Of a DNA stretch of 45,951 nucleotides, positions 26,020 through 35,892 are shown in pieces (within the stretch, counting starts at the first letter, position 1; every line of letters begins with the position of its first letter). The stretch lies in the NCBI GenBank assembly GCA_016932595.1, contig JAFGCP010000305.1, forward strand, positions 1 through 45,951. The letters are read 5' to 3'. The notes under the pieces were generated by a model, which saw only the letters and a list, made by a program, of their open reading frames with translations, ran no database searches and was not told the origin of the DNA. Position numbers and translations under genes: made by a program. Source of the DNA: Deltaproteobacteria bacterium. GTDB taxonomy: Bacteria > Desulfobacterota > WTBG01 > CAIYCZ01 > CAIRTM01.

Positions 26020-26305
26020 TAAAAATTAGACTTTGTTCTAAATTTACGTGATAGCCTCAGTCCAGGCATAAGCAGCATAAATAGCTATCAGATTCATCAA
26101 GGGCATATGTCGGTTATGGACAAAACATTTAAAGTGCTCGTTGATCGGAGCTAACTATCTATAAAAGCTTATTTTAACAAACATTTAAAGACTTCTTTAA
26201 AACTATGGGTAACCAATTCTCGTACTGAGATCAACGGCCAGAAAAAAAGTATTTTTTGGACTCATTTGCCTGCATCACGTAAATTTAGAACAAAATTAAA
26301 AATTA
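26020..26305. mobile_element. MITE-like element or IS remnant with 21-bp perfect terminal inverted repeats and a flanking 9-bp direct repeat
   Basis: TTTGTTCTAAATTTACGTGAT at 26032..26052 has its exact reverse complement at 26274..26294. TAAAAATTA occurs at 26020..26028 and 26297..26305. The ~220-bp interior has no long ORF. The element lies in a 900-bp non-coding gap in the glycan locus. Confidence 0.5.
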
Positions 26306-26583
26306 TATCATAAATAATCATAAAAGCAACAGAAATTGAATTATTTTATTCAACATATCGGCGCGAGATGCTGCTCGGTTCTTGGGCATTAACAGCTCCG
26401 GCTATGGACATCGCTACAGATTTATTTTTAAAAAGGGCTCATGCAGGTTCTGCATTACACAAGGCCTCATCAAAACGAAAACGCATCGCGAACACTATTT
26501 TTGAAGAACACTGCTATTCAAACAAACTTCCTGCATACAAATATTGGCGATACCGCTGGGCAATTCTTGTGCCTCACTTTGAA

Positions 26584-27777
26584 CTAAAACTTTCCCTGCT
26601 CTGTTGGTCGCACCTTCACACCAGATAAAATTTGTGCACATACACCTATAATCCGACCGCAGGCCCGTCCATCACCATAAGGATTGACAGCATTAGCCAT
26701 CGCTTCATAGGCAACACGATCGGTCAGCAAAACGGAGACATTCTCCACTATGCTCTCAACATCAGTACCGACCAGCTTGGCCGTACCCATTGCGACCGCC
26801 TCGGGGCGTTCGGTCGTATCGCGCATCACTAGGACTGGTTTTCCCAAGCTCGGGGCTTCCTCCTGAACACCTCCCGAATCGGTCAGAATCAGCATGGCTC
26901 GGTCCATTATACGAATAAAGGGCAAATAGCTGAGAGGCTCTATAAGGTGAATATTTTTTACTGCTAATAAAGCAGCACCAATCGCAGACTGATTGAGAAT
27001 ACGATAGACCGGTTCGCGAACGCTGGGGTTCAAATGAACCGGGTAAACAAAATGCGTTTCTGGAAAGCGCCGGGCGAGTTCAGCAATTGCATGGCAGATG
27101 TTTTCAAAACCCTTACCGAAATTTTCGCGGCGGTGACCGGTTATCAGGACCAACGGGTTGTCCAAGGCGCTGTTCATCAAAAAAGAAGGCAAACTCGGAA
27201 TATCCGGCGAATTACATTTAACTTTTTCAACCGCGGTCAGCAGCGCATCGATGACAGTATTGCCGGTAACAAAAATACGATCCGAGAGTATGCCATCCTT
27301 AAGCAAATTATCGCGCGACATCATTGTCGGCACAAAATGAAGTTCTGCCAGACGTGTGACCAAAACGCGGTTCATCTCTTCCGGAAAAGGTGAATATCTG
27401 TTCCACGTGCGCAGACCGGCTTCAACATGTGCAACGGGAATTTTATGATAAAAAGCGGACAAAGCAGCGCAAAAAGCCGTTGTCGTATCACCCTGAACGA
27501 TCACCATGTCCGGCTTATGTTCAGCCAGATAAGCGTCAATAGAGGCAATTGCGCGAGAGGTCAGTCCACCCAGGGTCTGGCGTTGTTGCATCAGAGAAAG
27601 ATCAACATCCGGCACAACTTCGAAAACCACCAGCACCTGATCAAGCATCTCGCGGTGTTGGCCGGTAACGCAAACATGCGGCTTCATGGCCGGATGAGCC
27701 TGCATGGCGGTAATCAACGGACAAAGCTTGATTGCCTCGGGGCGGGTTCCAAAAATAAATGAAATTTTTTTTTTCAT
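26584..27777 (-). CDS. wecB: UDP-N-acetylglucosamine 2-epimerase (non-hydrolysing)
   Basis: Motifs are KISFIFGTRPEAIKLCPLI, HVEAGLRT and DSGGVQEEAPSLGKPVLVMRDTTERPE. Confidence 0.9.
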   Translation of the reverse strand: MKKKISFIFGTRPEAIKLCPLITAMQAHPAMKPHVCVTGQHREMLDQVLVVFEVVPDVDLSLMQQRQTLGGLTSRAIASIDAYLAEHKPDMVIVQGDTTTAFCAALSAFYHKIPVAHVEAGLRTWNRYSPFPEEMNRVLVTRLAELHFVPTMMSRDNLLKDGILSDRIFVTGNTVIDALLTAVEKVKCNSPDIPSLPSFLMNSALDNPLVLITGHRRENFGKGFENICHAIAELARRFPETHFVYPVHLNPSVREPVYRILNQSAIGAALLAVKNIHLIEPLSYLPFIRIMDRAMLILTDSGGVQEEAPSLGKPVLVMRDTTERPEAVAMGTAKLVGTDVESIVENVSVLLTDRVAYEAMANAVNPYGDGRACGRIIGVCAQILSGVKVRPTEQGKF

Positions 27778-27930
27778 AATTCCAGATTAAGCAATATAAG
27801 TTTAGGATGCTCCATAGGCACAAGACATACACCATCCAAGGGCATCCCGAGAGTACTACTGATTTTCAAAGCTTCTGCAATTGCATTGAGGAGCGTATCC
27901 TGCGTTCAAACTTTTGGGTTGTGGAAAATC

Positions 27931-29325
27931 TCATAAGCATTGCTTCGCATTTTCTCTATCGGGGCTATGCCAATGGGAACGGCAATAAATAAATATGATG
28001 CTTGCCCAGATGAGGCTCCCGCATATGCACAGTGCATACATGGCGGAAACAGAAAAGGCAGATGAATGCGGAAAACAAAAAAGGCCGACAGCCATAGCCA
28101 CACCAATGAAAATCGAATTCGCCAGAAATGGTTCGCGCTTATGCGCCCTGAGATAGAATGCCTCGGCAAATACAATCTGGTTCATGACCGTTACCGCGCA
28201 GAGCATGAAAAGAACGGGCCATTCAGGCACTCGTCCTGAAAAACGAGGGATCCATTCCCCCAAATGCGGCACCAAAAGGAGCGCCATGATGGAAGCAAGC
28301 GCCGCAATCCCTACTGCCAGTGGCGTTACCTTCCAGAAAAGCTTATCCATTGACTTCCATTCTTTTCGTGAAGCCATGTGCCCCCATATCGCAGATTTCG
28401 TAGATGTCCAGTTCATTGCAAGCGTATTAATAAAGCCCGAAATACTCATGGCCAAGCCAAAGCGGCCGGCCTCTTCCGGCCCTAACTGGCGAAAGACGAC
28501 CGGCATCATCGCGCTGAAAATAAACCAGCCTGAAACCCAGCTCAAAGCAATACGCCATTGATAGGGGAACACGTCATGCATCCAATCGATACGAACATCT
28601 TTGCCGTAATGTCCCGTGCTTCGAATGACGGCATACAGCAAATGCCAGGCAAATGCAAAATTGATGCTCAGCGCAACAGCGCCGGCCAGAGGTGCTGCAT
28701 ACAAACGCAATCCGGCCGTTAATCCCACAATGGTCAAAAGAATCTGCATGGCGCCGCCCCACAAGTTTACACGAATGGATTCGGCGACAAAACCCATTCC
28801 CTCTATCATTGAACTGAGGCTGCGCACGAATACGCCGCCGGCTGTGCTCAGGACCATGATTGTCCATGGGCCGAGCCATGTGGCTGATGCCCCACCCGCT
28901 GAAGTAGAAAAAAACCAAAAGCCCGCGGGAAAAAGAAAAGCGCCTACCAGAAGGGATAATACACTGTACCAGTTTCGAATAAAACGAATAGTCGCAGAAA
29001 AACGATCGAGATGCAAAGGCTGCCCTGATATCCCTGACTTCAAATCAATCTTCAGATGCGCAGCCTCATGGGCTACCATCTGAACAGCTACGGCGCCAAA
29101 CCCCATTTCAAGAAAAACCTGCAGAGCCAGTATGCTGCCAAAGGTATAATAAAAGCCCTGCTCGACCGGGGTCAAGCGCGTAAGAATCAGCGGAATGGTA
29201 ATAAGGCTTCCGGCAGTTGAAAAAGCCCTCGCAAGAATAGAATAAAAAACAGCGCGATCAACGCCGGCAAAGCGGCGAAAACGATGAAAAAGTTTCAAAA
29301 TAGATACAACAGAAGGAAGGGCCAT
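27931..29325 (-). CDS. Polytopic membrane protein, putative oligosaccharide flippase (Wzx/MOP-like)
   Basis: 464 aa with ~12 hydrophobic segments, in a polysaccharide-cluster context. No diagnostic motif is visible by eye. Confidence 0.5.
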   Translation of the reverse strand: MALPSVVSILKLFHRFRRFAGVDRAVFYSILARAFSTAGSLITIPLILTRLTPVEQGFYYTFGSILALQVFLEMGFGAVAVQMVAHEAAHLKIDLKSGISGQPLHLDRFSATIRFIRNWYSVLSLLVGAFLFPAGFWFFSTSAGGASATWLGPWTIMVLSTAGGVFVRSLSSMIEGMGFVAESIRVNLWGGAMQILLTIVGLTAGLRLYAAPLAGAVALSINFAFAWHLLYAVIRSTGHYGKDVRIDWMHDVFPYQWRIALSWVSGWFIFSAMMPVVFRQLGPEEAGRFGLAMSISGFINTLAMNWTSTKSAIWGHMASRKEWKSMDKLFWKVTPLAVGIAALASIMALLLVPHLGEWIPRFSGRVPEWPVLFMLCAVTVMNQIVFAEAFYLRAHKREPFLANSIFIGVAMAVGLFCFPHSSAFSVSAMYALCICGSLIWASIIFIYCRSHWHSPDRENAKQCL

Positions 29326-29636
29326 TCAATAATCTCTGCATATTTACAGCTATGCTGCCGCCCAAGGATAAAAGTTTTTTAATCAAAGTAACGGTAAAAA
29401 ATGCAGAGGGGATCTACGGACAAAAACCAATAACCTTCTGATAAACTTATTCCGCTTAATGATCTGCCTGATGCTGCATGTTACACGACCTCAATGTCCA
29501 AGGGATATATCGTTCCTTTGTCGTGACCGTGTCAGATGTTTAAAAAATTTTCATATCTATCGGCTTCTAAAATCTCTTATGTCACCAATATATTTTCAAT
29601 CGTTTCAAACGGCATACTTATGCATAAAAACTTTAT

Positions 29637-30572
29637 CTACAAGGAAGTATATAAATTTATTATATCAACATGTTTATCTTCATGCAAAAAGAAAAAATTG
29701 GTCTCTACTGTACTCTCATCCATTATTTTAAATGGGAATAGATGTTGTCCATCCGTTGTAAAACAACTGTACCCAAGCTCTGACAATAACGAAATTATTT
29801 TGTTGGGGTGATAATCATATTTAGCAGCCCATTTTCGAAGCATTTCAGTTGCGATAACAGGCTGTTGAGTCTGCAACGTTTCTAGCGCACCCTGAAAAAC
29901 AAACAGTTCCGCTCCTTCAACATCGCATTTAATGAAGTCTACTGTTGCGCCCATCTCCTTCGCGAACGAGTCCAGGGTGCGGAGCTGGCTGGTCACTGTT
30001 TCCAAATCTGTGCGGCCTGTCAGGTTGGCCATTGAGGCATTCCCTGAGCCCTCCGGATAGTAATAAAACGGAACCTCGCCAGCTTCCTTTGAGAACCCGA
30101 AATTTTGCGGAAAAACATTTGTCAGTCCGTTTAGGCCGACATTCTTTTCGAGATAGGAATAGGTTCTTGGTATTGGTTCGAAAGCATAAATTTTCGAGTT
30201 TCTGCGGGAGACGGCCAAATTAATTGAATACCAGCCGATATTCGCGCCGACATCGAAAACGGTCGCTTCATCATCTACGAGCTTTTCGATCATCTGCGAT
30301 TCGTCCTTCTCGTGGTCATAAAAATTAAGGATATGGATCGGCGCAATGCGGTAGTCTCCGGGGATACAGGCAAGCCTGATTCCGCGGTCTCTCGTCGTAA
30401 CCACGACCTGCCCGGCTTCGATTTCGATTTTTCTTATATTAGTCAATGCCAGACTTTCAGAATACTCAAAAAGGGTCGAGTGCCATTTCCGATACATCTC
30501 TTTGATGTATTCTGGTTTTTCCATATCACCCTCAAAGTACCCTCTGCGCTCTTGCTCGATTGCGTTTGACAT
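29637..30572 (-). CDS. FkbM-family SAM-dependent methyltransferase
   Basis: The motifs are VFDVGANIGWYSINLA...IYAFEP...IKCDVEGAE. The ATG at 30572 has GGAGG ~8 nt upstream. The longer ORF to 30641 would overlap the upstream gene. Confidence 0.8.
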   Translation of the reverse strand: MSNAIEQERRGYFEGDMEKPEYIKEMYRKWHSTLFEYSESLALTNIRKIEIEAGQVVVTTRDRGIRLACIPGDYRIAPIHILNFYDHEKDESQMIEKLVDDEATVFDVGANIGWYSINLAVSRRNSKIYAFEPIPRTYSYLEKNVGLNGLTNVFPQNFGFSKEAGEVPFYYYPEGSGNASMANLTGRTDLETVTSQLRTLDSFAKEMGATVDFIKCDVEGAELFVFQGALETLQTQQPVIATEMLRKWAAKYDYHPNKIISLLSELGYSCFTTDGQHLFPFKIMDESTVETNFFFLHEDKHVDIINLYTSL

Positions 30573-30594
30573 ACATAGACCTCCGCACGTAGGA

Positions 30595-31671
30595 TTAAAA
30601 AAAAGACAAAAGGGTTCGCCGAAAACCCTCCCGAACACCAATGACGGGCTCCCAGCTTAATTGTTTAACTTTTTCAATCGAGGGACAGGATCGCATCACC
30701 GGGCTTCTAAGATAGGCATTGCCGATGGAATGATTTCCACATTGCACGCCAATTCCCCTTTCGGGAAACAATGTCGCAATTAGTTCTGCCAACTCACGGA
30801 CCGATACCGCTGCGCTCGGATTGCCAACATTGTATGCTTCACCTTTTCCTCCCGTCAACAGCACGGTCAGAAATGCAATCGTAGCATCGGAAATGTAACA
30901 AAAGGCCCGGCTGGCTCCCCCGTCACTTTTCATGACAATATCTCGACCGGCCACCACGTCAGCAACAAAATCAGCAAAAACTCTCCCGTCATCTAGCGCT
31001 ACGCCGGGACCATAGGTATGAAATGGTCTTACCACACTTGTGTAGACACCGTACTGATGAGCCCATGAGACGCACATAGTTTCACCGATCCGCTTGCTCT
31101 CGCCGTAACAGGAGCGAATGTTCATCGGATCGAGGGCGCCATAATCGCTTTCCGAGATACAGGCTTTTTCTGTTGGCTGTTGTCCGTAGACACTGCCACT
31201 GCTAAAAAAGAGAAACCTCTTAGCCTCTGTTTTCCTGGCATGATCGAGCAAGCAGGCTGTGCCAAGGGCATTTGGAAGCAACGTGCCGACCGGGTCAGTA
31301 CCGTAATACTTTGGGCTCGCCTGGCTTGCGGCGTGGATGATGTAATCCGCCCGCGGAAAATCTGCGGGTAAAGGTTCCGCAACATTATGCCGGAAATACT
31401 CAAACCCCGGCTCGCCAACCCAGTCCTTCAGCCGCCTGCTGATGCTTGATTCACCGCGAGCTACACAAATGACCTTTGCCATCAACCCAAATCGGATATT
31501 GGCGGCTAACAGCGCCTTCACCAAATATGCAGCCAGAAAGCCGCCGCCGCCTGTTACAAGAATCCTCTGCTTGCGAAAACGTTCCCACGGCAACTGCGAG
31601 TCAACAATTTCTAGGATATCGTCACTGATGACTGGATTCGTCTCGGGTAGTTGATCAACTTTAGGATTCAT
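30595..31671 (-). CDS. NAD-dependent epimerase/dehydratase-family (extended SDR) sugar-nucleotide enzyme
   Basis: The Rossmann motif is ILVTGGGGFLAAYLV and the catalytic motif is YGESK (YxxxK). Confidence 0.8.
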   Translation of the reverse strand: MNPKVDQLPETNPVISDDILEIVDSQLPWERFRKQRILVTGGGGFLAAYLVKALLAANIRFGLMAKVICVARGESSISRRLKDWVGEPGFEYFRHNVAEPLPADFPRADYIIHAASQASPKYYGTDPVGTLLPNALGTACLLDHARKTEAKRFLFFSSGSVYGQQPTEKACISESDYGALDPMNIRSCYGESKRIGETMCVSWAHQYGVYTSVVRPFHTYGPGVALDDGRVFADFVADVVAGRDIVMKSDGGASRAFCYISDATIAFLTVLLTGGKGEAYNVGNPSAAVSVRELAELIATLFPERGIGVQCGNHSIGNAYLRSPVMRSCPSIEKVKQLSWEPVIGVREGFRRTLLSFF

Positions 31672-31730
31672 ATATTCACAAAATTCCTTATCAAATGCGA
31701 AAAACCTAAACCTAATATTGCGCTTTACCC

Positions 31731-33560
31731 TTACGATTCATCAATCAACGGGATGAACATGTTGGCCCTCAATTCCTCGCGGGAAAGAAACGGCGCCATA
31801 TCCTCCAGCGGCGCCGAGACCATGCGGCCGTCGTCGAGGCGCTTGTTCGCGGTCTTTGGTTGGGTTGCCTGGGCCGTGGTAACATAAACCTCGCAGATGA
31901 CATGACTCTCGGCGGATACCAATTGTTTCAGTACCGGGCCCAGATCCTCGTTGTTGCGGCAGGACAAATACGAAAAGCCATAGGCAAGAGCGATTTTTTC
32001 CAAATCCGGAAAGCTCAAATCGCCGCTTTCGTCACCGACACCGACCAACGAGTGGCCCTTGAAGAAAGCATGTTGGGTTTGCCGGATCGAGTGATAGCCT
32101 TCGTTGTTGATGACGATGATGCGGATTGGCAGCTTGTTGTGCTTGATCGTCTGGAGTTCCTGAATGTTCATCTGAAAGCCACCTTCACCGGTCACCAGCG
32201 TCACCGGTCGGTTGTTGTTTGCCACGCAAACGCCGATGGCCGCAGGTAAACAGTAGCCCATCGGCGAGGTGGCATGATTCACGATGAAACGCTGCCCCTT
32301 CTTTATAATCATCGCCTGTCGTCCGACGACACGCGACATGCCGGAAGTCGTTACGAGGATGTCGTTGTTCTGCAGCAACTTGGATAATTCGTGATAGAAA
32401 ACATAAATATTGGCCTTGCCGTCGGACGTTCGGTACTGATCCGGCGTGACCACGGGGTATGTCGCGACCCACGACCTGCACTGTTGGATCCAATCGGCAT
32501 GCCGGTGATCGGATGGGCTCCTCGCATTGAGAGATTCGGTCAACCTGGCAATCAGGTCACCAGCATCAGCCCAGATAGGAAGATCGATCTTGAGATAGCT
32601 TCGCTGAAGCTCATGCCGGTCGATATCGCAGACAATTTTGTAGGCGCCCCGGGCCCAGGTTTCAATGTTGTATCCGGTGTGTTTCATGCTCAGGCGATTG
32701 CCGATAGAAAGCAGCAGATCGCTGTTCTGAACAGCAAAGTTGCCTGCCCTGTCGCCGGTCATACCCGCGCGTCCGGCATACAGTGGATGCTCGTTAGGAA
32801 CGAAGTCGACGCTGCTCATACCGGTGACAACAGGTATGTCCAACCGCTCCAGCATCTGCAGGAAGGCGTCGTAGGCCCCGGCCAGACGAATACCCATGCC
32901 GACATATAACACCGGGCGCTTTGCTTTATAAACCCTGTCAAGAATATCCGCGGCCAAAGCCGGTGCGACAGGGGACGGAATATCTTGAGCGCACTCTTGC
33001 GGATCAAAGCCTACCAGCGTGTCAGGGTCGATCCGTGCGTTTTGAATATCCATCGGGATGTCAAGCCAGGTCGGGCCTGGTCGCCCTGACGTGGCAAGAA
33101 AAATCGCTTTTTCAAGATGATATTTGACCCGATGCGGCTCGATGATCATTTCACAGTACTTGGTCATGCTGGCAGCAGCTCGACAAATATCGAATTCCTG
33201 TTCACCGACAGTTCTCAGAGGTAGCCCGGAGCCGCGCACGGTCAGGGAATAGCGAACCTGACCCGAAAAAATCAGCATGGGAATCGACCCCATATATCCG
33301 CACAATGCGCCGGTAAGGGCATTCGTGCCGCCGGGCCCGGACGTAACGCAGACCGCAGCCAGTTTGTTGGTTACGCGGGCATAGCTCTCGGCCGCGATGG
33401 CGGCCGCCTGCTCATGATGATGGTAGAGAACAGAGAGGCCTTTATGATGGCCGAATGAGTCATTAAGATACATCGCACCACCACCCACCACCGTAAAAAT
33501 GTTTTTGATGCCTTTTTCGTTCAAATAGCTTGCAATGTAATCAGAAACCAGAATATTCAC
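31731..33560 (-). CDS. Thiamine-diphosphate-dependent enzyme, acetolactate-synthase-like (YerE-like candidate)
   Basis: The N-terminal Pyr domain is HEQAAAIAAESYARVTNKLAAVCVTSGPGGTNALTG. The C-terminal PP domain is TGEGGFQMNIQELQT...INNEGY. The best start is a GTG at 33560 with GGAGGG 7 nt upstream. The ORF reads through to 33677 and ATGs occur at 33602 and 33596. Confidence 0.8.
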   Translation of the reverse strand: MNILVSDYIASYLNEKGIKNIFTVVGGGAMYLNDSFGHHKGLSVLYHHHEQAAAIAAESYARVTNKLAAVCVTSGPGGTNALTGALCGYMGSIPMLIFSGQVRYSLTVRGSGLPLRTVGEQEFDICRAAASMTKYCEMIIEPHRVKYHLEKAIFLATSGRPGPTWLDIPMDIQNARIDPDTLVGFDPQECAQDIPSPVAPALAADILDRVYKAKRPVLYVGMGIRLAGAYDAFLQMLERLDIPVVTGMSSVDFVPNEHPLYAGRAGMTGDRAGNFAVQNSDLLLSIGNRLSMKHTGYNIETWARGAYKIVCDIDRHELQRSYLKIDLPIWADAGDLIARLTESLNARSPSDHRHADWIQQCRSWVATYPVVTPDQYRTSDGKANIYVFYHELSKLLQNNDILVTTSGMSRVVGRQAMIIKKGQRFIVNHATSPMGYCLPAAIGVCVANNNRPVTLVTGEGGFQMNIQELQTIKHNKLPIRIIVINNEGYHSIRQTQHAFFKGHSLVGVGDESGDLSFPDLEKIALAYGFSYLSCRNNEDLGPVLKQLVSAESHVICEVYVTTAQATQPKTANKRLDDGRMVSAPLEDMAPFLSREELRANMFIPLIDES

Positions 33561-33602
33561 GTCAAAGCCCTCCTTTTTTTGACTCAGGGGTTCCATCAGC
33601 AT

Positions 33603-33899
33603 GCAGAGAAACCTGTGTGGGTACGCGGGAAACGAACCTCCGCGTGCGAGACGCGCCCCGTGATATCCTTTGTTCACCCGGGACCGAGGTTACACAGGCC
33701 CTGCCCGGCAAGTTTTTACCCCTGCCATATGCTTTGGCAGCCATTACGGCTGCCTGCTCATGGTAAGCACGGTACAATGCAGACAAAAGGTATAACCGAA
33801 GTCATTATTTAAGTGCGGGGCGCCTCCGCCCGTGACGGTCAACATAAGACCTGTTCCATTTTATGAAGAAAATCAGCAAATGCAGTTTGAAACTTTCAT
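33603..33899 (-). pseudogene. Multiply frameshifted 5' fragment (~100 codons) of a second ThDP-dependent enzyme gene
   Basis: Pieces lie in three minus-strand frames: MKVSN (ATG at 33899), AFADFLHKMEQV, MLTVTGGGAPHLNNDFGY and LYRAYHEQAAVMAAKAYGRGKNLPGRACVTSVPG. They are collinear with the N-terminus of the intact neighbour (VSDYIASYLNEKGIKNIFTVVGGGAMYLNDSFG...HEQAAAIAAESYARV...CVTSGPG). Confidence 0.65.
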
Positions 33900-33999
33900 T
33901 TTCACATGTCGTTTTTTCGACGTGTCTACCATAAACAGGAACCATAAGGTATATGCGACTGTTGTTTTAGGATTTTATTTTTCGTGAACGTATTTCCAT

Positions 34000-34788
34000 T
34001 TACCATATTTTCCAAGGTGCTTTATTATTATCCCACATTTGATTCAGCATCTCATACTCGCGATACGTATCCATGCCGATCCAGAAACCTGAATGCTTAA
34101 AGGCCATCATTTGTTTTTCAGCCGAAATTTTTTCCATCAGTTCTCGCTCAAGGTAGCCATCTCTACCCAAATCCAGATAATCGAAAACACGGCGGTTAAA
34201 AACCAAAAAGCCCCCATTGATCCATTCAGTTTCCGCTTTTTCACGAAACTGCTCTACACGATTCTCCTTCGTCAATTCAAGAATGCCAAATCTTGACGGG
34301 GGACGGGCGGCCGTAAGAGTTGCAAGCTTGCCGTGGCTTTGGTGAAATGCAACGAGCTTGCCAATGTCAATATTTGCCAGACCATCACCATAGGTAACCA
34401 TGAATGTTTCGGCATCAATAAACTTTTCAATACGCTTGACCCGGCCGCCCGTCAGGGTATGCAAACCGGTATCAACCAAGGTGATTTCGAAATTTTGTTC
34501 CTTATGATCGCTTAAATAACATGTTTTGCTGTTGCCACGCCCCAAAGAGACCGTCACATCATTGCTCATTGCCTCATAGTTAAGGAAATACTCTTTGATA
34601 ACATTACCCTTATAACCCAGACACAGGATGAATTTCCTATATCCATAATGCGCATAAATTTTCATAATGTGCCAAACAATGGGTTTGCCGCCAATTTCGA
34701 CCATCGGTTTGGGTTTGTATTCCGTTTCCTCACGTAAACGTGTTCCCATGCCGCCACAGAGAATTACAACGGGCATATTTTTCGTCAT
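34000..34788 (-). CDS. rfbF: Glucose-1-phosphate cytidylyltransferase
   Basis: The N-terminus is VVILCGGMGTRLREETEYKPKPMVEIGGKPIVWHIMKIYAHYGYRKFILCLGYKG. The protein is ~260 aa. Confidence 0.9.
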   Translation of the reverse strand: MTKNMPVVILCGGMGTRLREETEYKPKPMVEIGGKPIVWHIMKIYAHYGYRKFILCLGYKGNVIKEYFLNYEAMSNDVTVSLGRGNSKTCYLSDHKEQNFEITLVDTGLHTLTGGRVKRIEKFIDAETFMVTYGDGLANIDIGKLVAFHQSHGKLATLTAARPPSRFGILELTKENRVEQFREKAETEWINGGFLVFNRRVFDYLDLGRDGYLERELMEKISAEKQMMAFKHSGFWIGMDTYREYEMLNQMWDNNKAPWKIW

Positions 34789-35870
34789 TATTTTACCTCT
34801 CTTTTTTTTTCAAATTCATGTATCTGATTGATCGTTGCTGCTCGCAAATGCTGTTTTTTGTTATCCCAGGCTTTATACCACTCTACGGTCCAGTCTATCG
34901 CAGAGGCACTGTCCAGTGTTGGGTGCCAGTGAAGCTCATTCATGGCCTTATCAATAGAGAGCTTCAGAAGATGGGCTTCATGAGGGGCCTTGTTTTGAGA
35001 TGGCGGAATTTCTATATTGCCGCCCCCCCAGGCTTTAATAAATTTTTCCGCCAATTCAAGCACTCTAATCTGTCCACCTTCAACTGGCCCGAAATTCCAT
35101 GAGCCCGAAAAGTGTCCGGGATTCTCAGCGAGCCGTTGTGCCAGGATAAGATAGCCAGACAGGGGATCAAGGACATGCTGCCAGGGCCGCGTGGCGTGCG
35201 GATTTCTAATAATAATCGGCTTGCCTTTGGACAGGGCCCGAATGCAATCGGGAATTATTCTGTCCTTTGCCCAGTCGCCGCCGCCGATGACATTGCCGGC
35301 CCGGGCAGTAGCAAAACCGAGAGGCGAACCATGACCGTTTTTGTCGAAATAGGAGCGAAGATACGCGGCACAAACGATTTCCGTGGCTCCCTTGCTGGCG
35401 CTATAGGGGTCATGCCCGCCCATGGGGTCGTTTTCCCGGTACCCCCAGACCCATTCCCGATTTTCATAACACTTATCGGAAGTGACGACAACGGCGGATT
35501 TCACCGATGGACAATGCCGGATAGCCTCCAGCACATTGACCGTGCCCCCGATATTGGTATCAAAAGTGGTTTTCGAATCTTCATAGGAATCCCTCACCAG
35601 CGGTTGGGCTGCCAGATGAAAGACAATTTCCGGGTTCGCCTTATCAAAGGCCTGTGTGACGGCTTGCAGATCACGAATATCTCCTTCGATATGGTGGACC
35701 ATATTTTTTAATTCAATAAGATCAAAATGGTTCGGTTCGGTATTGGGAGGCAGGGCAAACCCGGTGACATGGGCCCTGAGTTCATGCAGCCAAAGAGCAA
35801 GCCAGGACCCCTTGAACCCGGTGTGCCCGGTGACGAGGACGGATTTCCCTTTATAAAAACCATCAAACAT
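34788..35870 (-). CDS. rfbG: CDP-glucose 4,6-dehydratase
   Basis: Motifs are VLVTGHTGFKGSWLALWL and YSASK. The protein is 360 aa and its stop overlaps the rfbF start by 1 nt. Confidence 0.9.
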   Translation of the reverse strand: MFDGFYKGKSVLVTGHTGFKGSWLALWLHELRAHVTGFALPPNTEPNHFDLIELKNMVHHIEGDIRDLQAVTQAFDKANPEIVFHLAAQPLVRDSYEDSKTTFDTNIGGTVNVLEAIRHCPSVKSAVVVTSDKCYENREWVWGYRENDPMGGHDPYSASKGATEIVCAAYLRSYFDKNGHGSPLGFATARAGNVIGGGDWAKDRIIPDCIRALSKGKPIIIRNPHATRPWQHVLDPLSGYLILAQRLAENPGHFSGSWNFGPVEGGQIRVLELAEKFIKAWGGGNIEIPPSQNKAPHEAHLLKLSIDKAMNELHWHPTLDSASAIDWTVEWYKAWDNKKQHLRAATINQIHEFEKKREVK

Positions 35871-35892
35871 TTTTATTTTCCCTTGGATTGCT

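Noticed and set aside
26368-26628. 86-aa plus-strand ORF downstream of wecB
   Set aside because: It overlaps the 3' end of wecB on the opposite strand, has no Shine-Dalgarno site and has no recognisable family.
33901-33925. Hairpin ACATGTCG-T6-CGACGTGT downstream of rfbF as a terminator
   Set aside because: It has a mismatch on the transcribed (minus) strand and no following U tract. It also lies next to the decayed ThDP-gene start.
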